Below are positions 7,783-16,773 of a stretch of 32,000 nucleotides of DNA, one piece after another (the first letter of the stretch is position 1; every line of letters starts with the position of its first letter). The stretch spans positions 180,595 to 212,594 of the forward strand of contig JBHLKY010000003.1 in NCBI GenBank assembly GCA_048886185.1, written 5' to 3'. This DNA is from Candidatus Hermodarchaeota archaeon. Lineage in GTDB: Archaea > Asgardarchaeota > Heimdallarchaeia > Hodarchaeales > Hodarchaeaceae. The position numbers were made by a program, and so were the translations under genes. The notes under the pieces were generated by a model, which made no database searches, was not told where the DNA came from, and saw nothing but the letters and a program-made list of their open reading frames with translations.

Positions 7783-9267
7783 CTACTTATCTTTATGGTT
7801 GATACGCCACTCCTTTTCATAGCGATCTACCATTGTTTCAAAATTTGGTGATGTATCCTTCTTATAATAAATGCGAGATCGAACCCGAAAGAAAGTAGGA
7901 TAATTGATACCTTCTCCAACTAAGAGAGCTTCTCCAATCTCCAAATCAGGAATCATTTTAAGAGTAGAACGATCAATACCTTCAGAAATTCTTCCAATAA
8001 AGTCCTGATCATAAGGATTTCTTATTCGGAGGATTAAATTGGTGTTACATTGAGAAAGAGCGGGTACAGATAGATTTACAGGACGTTGAGATATCAAGCA
8101 CAATGATGCATAGAATTTTCTTCCTTCACGAGCGATTGTCTCAATGATTCGTTTTGAAATAGAACGAGAAGCTTCTGGACAAAAATTGTGAGCTTCTTCA
8201 ATTACAAACAAAGTTGGAGGAATAATCCCACGAACACGTAGCGTATAGAGATTTCTTAGAAAATGTAGAGCAATTATACTTCGAGTTCGACGATTTTGGA
8301 TATCTGCTAAATCTACTATAACTAGCTTACCAGGTTGGAAAAGCTCTGTAAGAGTTGGATTAGATTCCGTCGAAAAGAGATATGTGCGTTGTAAAGAGTA
8401 TAACCAACCAGTTAATGCGTCTTTTGTACGTGGATTGATTATTTCTGAAATTTCTATTCTTTGAATGATATCCTGCAATGAATAAAAGGGGCGATTTTTT
8501 TTACGTATCTCGGAAATGACAGTATCCAGAACCCTTGTTTGTACAATCGAAATTTCAGGGATGAATTCTGAGATCTCCCACGCTGATAATTCTGGAACTC
8601 CTATCGATACGAAAGAACCTTTAATAATTTCGATGTTTGAGTCTTTTATTGTAGGTGGTATAATACTGGAATATTCTCCATGCGGATCTATAACTAGAAC
8701 GCTCAGTTTACCCATTTTATGTATTTCTTCTAATAAAATAGATGCAGCATAAGATTTTCCAGCACCAGAAATTGCTAGTATAGCAAGATGTTTATGTAAT
8801 AATCTAGAAAGATTAACTTTAATTTTTACGTTATTAGAAGTAAGATCCCCTAGATATATACCATTTGAATCAAGGCCCAAAAACTTAGAAACAATTGAAG
8901 ATGAAGCAACATATATTTTCGAACCAGGAGAGACTGGAAATTTCAAGCGGGTTATTCGTCCATTCTCGAGATTTATCTCTCCAAGAGGTTTAACATTTAG
9001 TAAAGTGCTTTCCCATTCTTCTATAGGGAAGATTGCTTCATAATTTCGTGAGGCAACTTCCTGAACACTTGAATCTAAGGTTTCATAATAAGCATTATAC
9101 TTTCTTATACCTGTGATGATTCCAAGTACAATTTGGTTCTTATTCTTCGGGATAGACACAAATTGTCCTCTCTCTACCTCTTTTTGATCATTCTTGTCAA
9201 GAATTAATACAATATTTTCTAAACTCGGTGAGTCTGATGTAGCAACTACCGTTCCGATTGCAGTCAT
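7783..9267 (-). CDS. herA: HerA helicase/translocase ATPase
   Basis: N-terminal HAS barrel, HLAILAISGAGKS Walker A, VIEEAHNF Walker B, IAREGRKF, ISQRP. Adjacent to nurA. Confidence 0.92.
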   Translation of the reverse strand: MTAIGTVVATSDSPSLENIVLILDKNDQKEVERGQFVSIPKNKNQIVLGIITGIRKYNAYYETLDSSVQEVASRNYEAIFPIEEWESTLLNVKPLGEINLENGRITRLKFPVSPGSKIYVASSSIVSKFLGLDSNGIYLGDLTSNNVKIKVNLSRLLHKHLAILAISGAGKSYAASILLEEIHKMGKLSVLVIDPHGEYSSIIPPTIKDSNIEIIKGSFVSIGVPELSAWEISEFIPEISIVQTRVLDTVISEIRKKNRPFYSLQDIIQRIEISEIINPRTKDALTGWLYSLQRTYLFSTESNPTLTELFQPGKLVIVDLADIQNRRTRSIIALHFLRNLYTLRVRGIIPPTLFVIEEAHNFCPEASRSISKRIIETIAREGRKFYASLCLISQRPVNLSVPALSQCNTNLILRIRNPYDQDFIGRISEGIDRSTLKMIPDLEIGEALLVGEGINYPTFFRVRSRIYYKKDTSPNFETMVDRYEKEWRINHKDK

Positions 9268-9287
9268 ATTTTCTCACTTAAATTATT

Positions 9288-10427
9288 TTAAAATTTCCAC
9301 GGAGCCCTTTCTCTGCGATAAAACCAAAGATCTGGAGTTGGATGTCGAATCCTGATTAACTGGAAAAGTGCATCAATTTCACTTTCTTTAATTTTAACCC
9401 GTGCATCAGCCTCAACAATAGGAGCAGGAATACCATAAGTTTTGTTATATTGTGATATTGGCAAAATTGTCTCTGAAATGACATTAATCTCCTTTATAAG
9501 AGCTTCTTGATCTTTATGTTTTGATTGGAAGATTTCAATTCTAAGAGGGATATCAAAAGGCGCAGTTTTCAGATAATAAGCATAAAGAGCGTAATCTTGG
9601 GTAAATTCCCTGAAAATATTGAATTCCCTCTGATATACCATTGATCTAGTATTGGCCTCTAATAAGTAGTAAAAAAGATCCATATCACGACTTCTATTAA
9701 CAATTCTACGATAATCTAATGATAGTAAATTAGGGGTTTTTTCCACAATAAAAGGCAACATTCGTCCAAGGAATTTAGTGAAAAGGTTAAGCCGACTATC
9801 CTTGATGATCCACATTAATTTTACTCCCTGTTTATTTGCTTTAAAAATCAGTCTCGAGAGAATAGACAAATAGGTCTGATAATAATTTAAAATTCTTTGA
9901 TTACTGGTAAGTGGTTTTCTCAATGCAGGACTTCCATCAATGAGTAAAAGGTCTAATTTTTTGGTGCTCTGATCAAGAATTTGAGAAGCTATTTGCAATT
10001 CAGTGATAGTTCGTCGAATGGATCCCATGTTTTCGAAATCCGATGAAGACAGACCTACATCAGAGAGAGATATTTCTAGGGGGGGAGTTTTAGATGGATA
10101 ATAGGTTGTTTTTTGAATTCCTTCTGGTGTATATGTTGAAAATACAGCAATAGCTCGAAAAACAAAGATATCAAAGCCAATAAATAAACGTGAAGCGTAA
10201 CCACCATCAATTCCTCCTATCGTTAACCCCGAAATATCCTGAGGAGATAGCTGAGTTAATATTTCAGTATCATAACTTAATGTGGATAAATAAGGAGGTA
10301 GGTCTGGTATCCTTGGATTTAATGAACGAATAACCTCACATAACTTAATTTTTTCTTCATTTAACCGAGTAATTTCTGTTAAGTAGTCCTGTATTTCAAT
10401 AAATGCATTTCCAATGATGGTACGAAT
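9288..10427 (-). CDS. nurA: NurA 5'-3' nuclease, extended upstream of the tracked ORF to a proposed ATT start
   Basis: The frame is open from 10493. The upstream extension encodes TIGGIDGGYASR (first catalytic Asp motif) and the tracked part holds LLLIDGS and the C-terminal YGIPAPIVEAD. The start position is inferred from AGGAG spacing. Confidence 0.85.
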   Translation of the reverse strand: MRTIIGNAFIEIQDYLTEITRLNEEKIKLCEVIRSLNPRIPDLPPYLSTLSYDTEILTQLSPQDISGLTIGGIDGGYASRLFIGFDIFVFRAIAVFSTYTPEGIQKTTYYPSKTPPLEISLSDVGLSSSDFENMGSIRRTITELQIASQILDQSTKKLDLLLIDGSPALRKPLTSNQRILNYYQTYLSILSRLIFKANKQGVKLMWIIKDSRLNLFTKFLGRMLPFIVEKTPNLLSLDYRRIVNRSRDMDLFYYLLEANTRSMVYQREFNIFREFTQDYALYAYYLKTAPFDIPLRIEIFQSKHKDQEALIKEINVISETILPISQYNKTYGIPAPIVEADARVKIKESEIDALFQLIRIRHPTPDLWFYRRERAPWKF

Positions 10428-11168
10428 GAATGATACTCTCCTAGACTTATTAATAACTCTTAAAGATGAAGTATTATTTTGACAAATATAAATTCAATTG
10501 TGCTCACATTGGATATTGGTTTTTCTATTCATTGGAGTTCTAGGGGTATTGTCCACTTCTTCTAAATAAGCTACCAATTTTGGGATGATTCTACTGTTCA
10601 CCAATATTTTGTCTTTTTAGTAACTAAGTAATGAGTAGTATTTTTATTCCGTTTATTGATTAATTATTACCTCTTTCAAGGAATAACCTTCACTATTAAT
10701 TGATTATTTCGATGAAGAAACTATAAGGGAAAGTGAGATTATTTCTAGTCAAAATTTTCTATTTAATCTAAAGTTTATGTATCCACAGCCAGATTCTCTT
10801 CTATAGAATCTGATGACGAACTTAAAATTGATTTAACTGATATTAATAACTTATCTGACGCTGAGAAGGGTGTATCAAGTTAGATTTCTCCCCGAAATCT
10901 GGAACAAACCGCAGTTCTCTGAATAACGAGAATTCTAATGTTCAGATGACTGTAAGCTATAAGTCACTAATTTCAATCACTGGTAATTGACTTAAATAGA
11001 ATCGCAACAGTCGCTTCTTCGGGGTTCTGGTTGATCTCTATTAACGGACCTCCCTTTAAATGGTATAAATAGAAGAAAAGGAATCGGTAAAATTAATCAA
11101 AACATTATAGATTAACATATCGCAACTTAATTAAGATATCTCAGGTGCAAAAAAAGGACGCAAGGAAT

Positions 11169-11693
11169 ATGGTTGAAATTTCGGGAGATAAAAGCCAGTC
11201 GGAACTTATACGCCTAATGAAAATTCGTGAAAGTTTAAAGCGTAAACGACCTCCTTTTCGGAGAGTTGAATCTTGGCGTTACAAACGAGTTAAGGAAAGA
11301 TGGCGTAAAGCCCGTGGAATAGATTCTAAAACTCGTGAAAAGAAAGGTGGGTGGCCAATTTCCCCAACAGTTGGCTTTCGAAGTCCTAAAAAGATCCGAT
11401 TTCAATCATCTTCGGGAAAAGAAGAAGTATTAGTTAATTCAGCAGTGGATCTGTCATTAATTGATTCCAACCGTCAAGTTGGGCGTATTGCTGCGAATAT
11501 AGGCAGAAAAAAAAGAGAACAAATAATAATGGAAGCAGAATTACATAATATTCAAATATTAAATCCAATTTCAGCAAAAATTGATTTGGGTGATCTCGAA
11601 GAAGAATTAGCCCTTGATGAAGAGCTACTTGACGAGATAGATATAGAGGATCTGGATATATCTGAAGATGAAGAATTCGGTGAAGAAGAATGA
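11169..11693 (+). CDS. rpl32e: 50S ribosomal protein L32e (eL32) with acidic C-terminal extension
   Basis: KRPPFRRVESWRYKRVKERWRKARGIDSK. ATG at 11169 preferred, GTG at 11145 is the alternative. Confidence 0.95.
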   Translation: MVEISGDKSQSELIRLMKIRESLKRKRPPFRRVESWRYKRVKERWRKARGIDSKTREKKGGWPISPTVGFRSPKKIRFQSSSGKEEVLVNSAVDLSLIDSNRQVGRIAANIGRKKREQIIMEAELHNIQILNPISAKIDLGDLEEELALDEELLDEIDIEDLDISEDEEFGEEE

Positions 11694-12157
11694 ATTTAAC
11701 TCCTCAGAAGAAGATTGCTGCTAAGATCTTAGGTGTTGGCGTCAAACGTGTCTGGATCGATCCTGAAATTGAAGAGGATCTATCATTGGCACTAACGCGA
11801 GAAGATGTCCGAAAATTAATCTCTGATAGAGTTATTCGAAAGAAAAGCGTTAAAGGAGTCTCGAGGGGTCGTACTCGTTATTCAAGAATTCAAAAGCAGC
11901 GGGGGCAGCGATTAGGCCAAGGAAGGCGAAAAGGACGTGCTGGTGCACGTCAACCTAGTAAACAAACTTGGATTAATAAAGTGCGAAGCCAAAGGAGATA
12001 TATTCGTGGTTTACGAGACAACCAACTTATCGATCCAGCAGAATACAGGAAACTCTATACTAAAGTGAAAGGTAATTCATATAGAAGTGTCACTCATCTT
12101 CGAAACACAGTAGAAGACTTAGGTATAATAAAAAGACCTAAAAAGAAGAGGAGATGA
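11690..12157 (+). CDS. rpl19e: 50S ribosomal protein L19e (eL19)
   Basis: QKKIAAKILGVGVKRVWIDP, GRRKGRAGAR, YTKVKGNSY. ATGA overlap with rpl32e. Confidence 0.98.
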   Translation: MNLTPQKKIAAKILGVGVKRVWIDPEIEEDLSLALTREDVRKLISDRVIRKKSVKGVSRGRTRYSRIQKQRGQRLGQGRRKGRAGARQPSKQTWINKVRSQRRYIRGLRDNQLIDPAEYRKLYTKVKGNSYRSVTHLRNTVEDLGIIKRPKKKRR

Positions 12158-12753
12158 TTCCTATGGCCAGAAATGCACGATACCGTATTCCTTTCAGACG
12201 AAGGAGAGAAGGAAAAACAAATTATCATCTTCGTCGAAGACTGGTCAAAAGCGACAGAATAAGAGCAGTCGTACGTGTGACAAATAATCACTCTCTAGTA
12301 CAATTTGTAAAAGCTCATATCTCTGGCGATATTACTATTTCTGCATCACACTCACGTGAATTGAAGAATTTTAGTTGGAATATTGCTACATCTAACCTTC
12401 CTAGCGCATATTTAGTCGGATTCTTAGCTGGGTTAAAAGCCAAACAAACTGGAATATCAGAAGCGATTTTAGATATTGGGAATACCCCTCCAATTTATGG
12501 ATCCCGCATTTTTGCTGCTCTAAAAGGAATTGTTGATTCAGGAATAGAAGTTCCACACTCTGATAAGATTTTTCCAACTGAACATCGATTGAATGGAACT
12601 CATATTGCAGATTTTGCAAAGTTACTAAAAGAAACTGACAAGGAGTCATTCGACAAGCAGTTTTCAAGTTACATCAAACATAAAATAGACCCTGTCAAAA
12701 TTCCTAGCTTATTTGACAAAGTGAAAAAGGATATTCTGGTAAAATATGACTAG
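12154..12753 (+). CDS. rpl18: 50S ribosomal protein L18 (uL18), start may be ATG 12163
   Basis: FRRRREGKTNY, NLPSAYLVG, AILDIG, IFAALKG. Confidence 0.98.
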   Translation: MIPMARNARYRIPFRRRREGKTNYHLRRRLVKSDRIRAVVRVTNNHSLVQFVKAHISGDITISASHSRELKNFSWNIATSNLPSAYLVGFLAGLKAKQTGISEAILDIGNTPPIYGSRIFAALKGIVDSGIEVPHSDKIFPTEHRLNGTHIADFAKLLKETDKESFDKQFSSYIKHKIDPVKIPSLFDKVKKDILVKYD

Positions 12754-12772
12754 TATCTAAAAAATAATTTGG

Positions 12773-13435
12773 GTGTCAGTTATCATGAGCAGAAGATTAG
12801 AAATGGATCAGCCAGTAGTTGATTTAGATTCTTGGAATCCGCGAACTGAAGTTGGCCAGATGGTGAAGGACGGAACCATTTCATCTATATATGATATTTT
12901 CCGAGATTCTCTTAAAATTGACGATGTTCGTATTGTAGATTTCTTAGTTCCAAATTTGAATGAAACAGTACTTGATATGGGACGTGTTCAGCGCCAGACT
13001 GATGCAGGAAGAAAAACTTTGTTTGTGGCTACTGCTGGAGTCGGTAATGCAAATGGAATAGTGGGGGTCGCTCAAGCGAAGGCAGCTGGGGTTGGAACTG
13101 CAATCAGGAACGCTATTGTATTGGCTAAATTGAATATTGTTCCAGTAAAAAGAGGATGTGGGAGTTGGGAATGTACGTGCAGCAATCCTCATTCGATTCC
13201 GTTTCAAGTTGAGGGAAAAGTAGGTAGTGTTTGCGTAGTACTAAAACCTGCGCCTAAAGGATTAGGCTTAGTTATTGGAGATGTTGCAAAAAGTGTATTG
13301 GAATTAGCTGGAATCTCTGATATCTGGAGTAAGACTTTAGGAGATACACGAACAACTCAAAATTTTTGTAAGGCCACCTTTGAAGCATTACGAGCAACTT
13401 ATCAAATTTCCCACCTCTCTGAATGGGGTGATTAG
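12773..13435 (+). CDS. rps5: 30S ribosomal protein S5 (uS5)
   Basis: WNPRTEVGQMV, QRQTDAGR, VKRGCGSWEC, PAPKGLG, GDTRTTQNF. Confidence 0.98.
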   Translation: MSVIMSRRLEMDQPVVDLDSWNPRTEVGQMVKDGTISSIYDIFRDSLKIDDVRIVDFLVPNLNETVLDMGRVQRQTDAGRKTLFVATAGVGNANGIVGVAQAKAAGVGTAIRNAIVLAKLNIVPVKRGCGSWECTCSNPHSIPFQVEGKVGSVCVVLKPAPKGLGLVIGDVAKSVLELAGISDIWSKTLGDTRTTQNFCKATFEALRATYQISHLSEWGD

Positions 13436-13436
13436 T

Positions 13437-13934
13437 ATGTCTAAAGATTATGCAAAAATGACGAAAAGACTTGCAGTCATAAGAATTCGGGGTCAAGTCG
13501 ATCGAAGCATGTCTATCAGGAAAACCCTTGAACTACTTCGATTAAACCGTACAAACCATTGTGTTATCATTGATGATCGTGAAACCTATATAGGGATGTT
13601 ACAAAAAGCGAAAGATCTTGTCACTTGGGGTGAACTTGATTTTTTAACAATGAAAGAATTGCTATTAAAAAGAGGGAGATTAGAAGGTGGAGAACGGATT
13701 ACGGAAGAATATCTCAAGAATAATACTAATTTTTCAGGGCTAGATGATTTTGTAAAAAAATTTCTTAGATTTGAGGCCAGTTTAACAGATATTAAAGGTC
13801 TCAAACCTGTTTTTCGCTTACATCCACCTAGAAAAGGTCATAGACTAAGGGGAGTAAAGCAACCATTTACTCTTGGAGGAGCTCTTGGTTATCGAGGAAA
13901 TGAAATTAATAATCTTATATTAAAAATGGCTTGA
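13437..13934 (+). CDS. rpl30: 50S ribosomal protein L30 (uL30)
   Basis: AVIRIRG, GMLQKAKDLVTWGE, FRLHPPRKG, GALGYRG. Start moved to ATG 13437, behind a GGGGTGA SD. Confidence 0.97.
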   Translation: MSKDYAKMTKRLAVIRIRGQVDRSMSIRKTLELLRLNRTNHCVIIDDRETYIGMLQKAKDLVTWGELDFLTMKELLLKRGRLEGGERITEEYLKNNTNFSGLDDFVKKFLRFEASLTDIKGLKPVFRLHPPRKGHRLRGVKQPFTLGGALGYRGNEINNLILKMA

Positions 13935-13945
13935 AGTGGTTTCTA

Positions 13946-14392
13946 ATGACTGTTAGAAAGGAAAGAAAGGTACGAAAACAGCGGGGATCCCGAACTTATG
14001 GTTATGGTCGGATTTCTGGAGGTCATCGGAAAGGAGGATCTCGTGGAGGCAAGGGAAATGCTGGAATAAAAGATCATCATCGAATTGGTCGAATTTCAGA
14101 CATTATTCTAAGTAAAAAAGGATTTACTGTGCCAAAAGCTTCATCATCTAAGTCATCAGTCAATATAGGTGACATTGATGATCAACTCGATCTGTTAATA
14201 ACCAATGGCATTGCAAAAAAGGAAGGTGCTGTTGTTAAAATTGATCTTGCAGAGTTGGGCTATTCTAAAGTCCTTGGTAAAGGACTTGTAAAACATCCTT
14301 TCCATATTTATGCAGAAAAGATAACCTCAAGGGCACAAGAAAAAATTGAAGCTGCCGGAGGTAAAGCTTTTCCAAATACATCTCAGAAGTAA
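13946..14392 (+). CDS. rpl15: 50S ribosomal protein L15 (uL15)
   Basis: RKQRGSRTYGYG, HRKGGSRGGKGNAG, KVLGKG, AQEKIEAAGG. Start moved to ATG 13946. Confidence 0.98.
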   Translation: MTVRKERKVRKQRGSRTYGYGRISGGHRKGGSRGGKGNAGIKDHHRIGRISDIILSKKGFTVPKASSSKSSVNIGDIDDQLDLLITNGIAKKEGAVVKIDLAELGYSKVLGKGLVKHPFHIYAEKITSRAQEKIEAAGGKAFPNTSQK

Positions 14393-14460
14393 GATATTTA
14401 ATTCTAAGTCAATTTAAATATCTTGACTGGTTTATGAAAACAACTATATTGGAAAATAAT

Positions 14461-14538
14461 GGGCCGGTGGTCTAGCCCGGCTATGACGTCTCCCTGACAC
14501 GGAGAAGGTCCCCAGTTCGAATCTGGGTCGGCCCACCA
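14461..14538 (+). tRNA. tRNA-Val(GAC), intronless, CCA encoded
   Basis: GGGCCGG/TCGGCCC acceptor, TCTCC-CTGACAC-GGAGA anticodon arm, CCCAG-TTCGAAT-CTGGG T arm. Confidence 0.97.
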
Positions 14539-14642
14539 TTTTATCCAGGTTTCCAGTAACCCAATTACTTTATTTCTTAATATATCTGATAAGGCCCTCC
14601 CTACAAAAAGGTCTATACCATTAATTTCCCTTCTTATACAGG

Positions 14643-14755
14643 CGTCGGGAGGGGGATTTGAACCCCCGAGCTCATAGAGCACCAACTTAGCAGGCTGGCT
14701 CCATTCTGTTATCGTATGAAAACCATAAAACAATACCAGGCTTGGATATCCCGAC
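14643..14755 (-). tRNA. tRNA-Ser(GCT) with a 30-nt D-arm intron at 21/22
   Basis: GTCGGGA/TCCCGAC acceptor with G73, CCAGC-CTGCTAA-GTTGG anticodon arm, long variable arm GCTC-TAT-GAGC, GGGGG/CCCCC T stem. Confidence 0.93.
14704..14733 (-). other. tRNA-Ser intron, non-canonical position 21/22
   Basis: Hairpin TGTTTTATG/CATACGATA, central helix CTGG/ACAG (one mismatch), bulges TA|T and AA|T. Excision restores the D-loop AGCCTGGTA. Confidence 0.78.
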
Positions 14756-14953
14756 TTTAGGCACAATAATCTTACATTATTATATCTAATTAAGTTTCTG
14801 CTGCTATACCGGCAATTGAATAATTGATGAAGGAACTCTAGAAAAATGTTGTTGTATCAAATATACTCTCAGTCAAGACCTATAAAAAACTCCTTCAAAA
14901 AAGTCATAAGTATTGTCTATACTATCAAAATGTTGATCATTCGAGAGATAAAA

Positions 14954-15430
14954 ATGATATCAAAGAATTTACTGATGGCATTTCATAATTCTCATAGCCG
15001 AAAGGCTGTAAAATACTTTGCTGACACCTGTATTGGATTATCATGTCGGAATGTAATCTTTAGTAAGATTACCTCTTCCGCAGCCTCTATTGGAATTCCT
15101 GACGCACAAAAATCAGTTCTAAAAGCAGGAGGAAATTTACTCTTCTTTTCAGATATAACAGATATACAAGAAGCCTTAGAACCAAGTAAAAGTTATTTAC
15201 TCGTTTCTCGTAAGTATGGTAGGAAATCTATACCATACAATGAAATTGTTACAGAACTAAAACTCGGAAAAGTGCTAGTGATAGTAGGGGGGACATCTCC
15301 TGGACTTACTAGAAGGGAATTGGATTTAGGAGAGTGTATTTTTGCTGATGAAGTTATTTCTGATATTAATCCGATTGCTTTAACAGCTCTATTTCTAACT
15401 GGACTATCTAAAGTCATCAAGGATAGTTGA
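14954..15430 (+). CDS. DUF2122 / COG4080 predicted SPOUT-class methyltransferase (often mis-named RecB-family nuclease)
   Basis: FHNSHS, SAASIGIPDAQK, LLFFSDITDIQEALEP, VIVGGTSPGLTRRELDLG, INPIA. Start moved to ATG 14954. Confidence 0.8.
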   Translation: MISKNLLMAFHNSHSRKAVKYFADTCIGLSCRNVIFSKITSSAASIGIPDAQKSVLKAGGNLLFFSDITDIQEALEPSKSYLLVSRKYGRKSIPYNEIVTELKLGKVLVIVGGTSPGLTRRELDLGECIFADEVISDINPIALTALFLTGLSKVIKDS

Positions 15431-16398
15431 AGATTCAAATGAGGATATTAGACTTATTCTGTGGTGCTGGGGGTTTTGCTCTTGGATTTCTTCTCGCTAG
15501 TCCTAAATTCACAATATCATTAGCTATTGATAATGATTATCGAGTATTCTACACCTATGCGGAGAACATTGAAGTGGGTATGACACTTATAAGAGATATT
15601 CAAGATATTCATTCATTAGAAATTCTAAAAGTCCTTCAAGGGAAATCTCCTGACATTATTCTTTCAAGTCCTCCTTGTGAGTCTTTTTCATTGGCAAATC
15701 CCAACCGACAAAAAAGCGCTTATGATCAACTATATTCAGATGAAAAAGGACGGCTAGTTCTGGATGCCATCCGTATTATCATTGATTTGGAACCTAAGAT
15801 ATTCCTGATAGAAAATGTTCAACAATTGGCCTCAACAGAGATGAGAGAATTAATTCTTCACGAATTTTCTTACTCTAAATATGAATCAATTTATTTTAAT
15901 TTCTTAGAGGCTGAGACTTTTGGAGTACCAAGTCAACGAAAGAGAGTCTTTATCTCCAACATCGAACTAGCATCTCTTGCCAACAATTCCTTTGTTTCAG
16001 TTGCTGAAGCTTTTTTTTCTCTTCCTGATCCCAATTTAGAAGTATCAAATCATAGATTAGTACATACATCACCTAGAATTACCAAGAAAATTCATAAATT
16101 ACCACCAGGAGGAGCCATCGTTTATTTTAAAGGGAGTCAAGGAGGAACATTTCGGAATTTCATTCGGTTAAAAGCAGATCAACCTAGTCCAACAGTAATG
16201 GGAAAGAGTCGATTCATTCACCCTTATGATCCTCGTCTTTGTACTGTGCGGGAACATGCCCGTTTGATGAGTTATCCTGACGAATTTCACTTCTTTGGCC
16301 CCATAAATTGGCAATATAATCAAGTTGGAGAAAGTGTACCCCCATTACTGGCCAAGGCAATAGCTCAACAGATCCTAATGATGTTTCTCGAAAATTAA
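15427..16398 (+). CDS. dcm: Orphan cytosine-C5 methyltransferase (Dcm-like), TTG start
   Basis: Motif I LDLFCGAGG, motif IV SPPCESFS, motif VI ENV, motif VIII QRKRVF, motifs IX/X TVREHARLMSYPD and QVGESVPP. Confidence 0.93.
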   Translation: MKIQMRILDLFCGAGGFALGFLLASPKFTISLAIDNDYRVFYTYAENIEVGMTLIRDIQDIHSLEILKVLQGKSPDIILSSPPCESFSLANPNRQKSAYDQLYSDEKGRLVLDAIRIIIDLEPKIFLIENVQQLASTEMRELILHEFSYSKYESIYFNFLEAETFGVPSQRKRVFISNIELASLANNSFVSVAEAFFSLPDPNLEVSNHRLVHTSPRITKKIHKLPPGGAIVYFKGSQGGTFRNFIRLKADQPSPTVMGKSRFIHPYDPRLCTVREHARLMSYPDEFHFFGPINWQYNQVGESVPPLLAKAIAQQILMMFLEN

Positions 16399-16426
16399 AA
16401 GAAAGTTTTTTGAACTAAATATTAAA

Positions 16427-16753
16427 ATGGCCGATTATAAGAAAGAATGGACTGCAGAGGTGTTTTTGACGCAATTAAAAGTTATTCGAAAAGAAGAATC
16501 TCTGATAGAATTTGAAGTTATAGGTGAAGATCATACGTTTTTAAATATGCTTCGTGAAGTATTAAAAGATCAGCCTGGGGTTTTATTTGCAGCCTTTAGG
16601 TTTCCTCATCCACTTCTTGAAAATCCCATTTTTTATTTACAGACCTCTTCTATCGATCCAGTTGAAGCCCTCCAGCAGGCTGCTGATACAATCATCAATA
16701 AATGTGATGATTTAACAAATATCTTTAAACAGGTTCTTTCTGATTCCATATAA
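16427..16753 (+). CDS. rpoL: RNA polymerase subunit Rpo11 (RpoL)
   Basis: GEDHTFLNMLRE, AAFRFPHPL. Confidence 0.95.
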   Translation: MADYKKEWTAEVFLTQLKVIRKEESLIEFEVIGEDHTFLNMLREVLKDQPGVLFAAFRFPHPLLENPIFYLQTSSIDPVEALQQAADTIINKCDDLTNIFKQVLSDSI

Positions 16754-16773
16754 CCCTTTTTCTGGGTTTTAAA

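Noticed and set aside
10810-10864. Free-standing C/D sRNA (CTGATGA plus three CTGA)
   Set aside because: There is no C' box, the C-to-D' spacing is 20 nt, and the AT-rich guides have no evident target.
10767-10883. Protein-like open stretch STARFSSIESDDELKIDLTD
   Set aside because: There is an in-frame TAA just upstream and no usable start or SD.
10494-11144. RNase P, SRP or 5S RNA in the long spacer
   Set aside because: I found none of the conserved signatures on either strand by eye.
14404-14766. 120-aa ORF in the track
   Set aside because: It spans tRNA-Val and tRNA-Ser.
15427-16398. Type II restriction-modification system, or Dnmt2
   Set aside because: There is no adjacent endonuclease (the RecB-family label of DUF2122 does not match any nuclease motif here) and no CFT motif.
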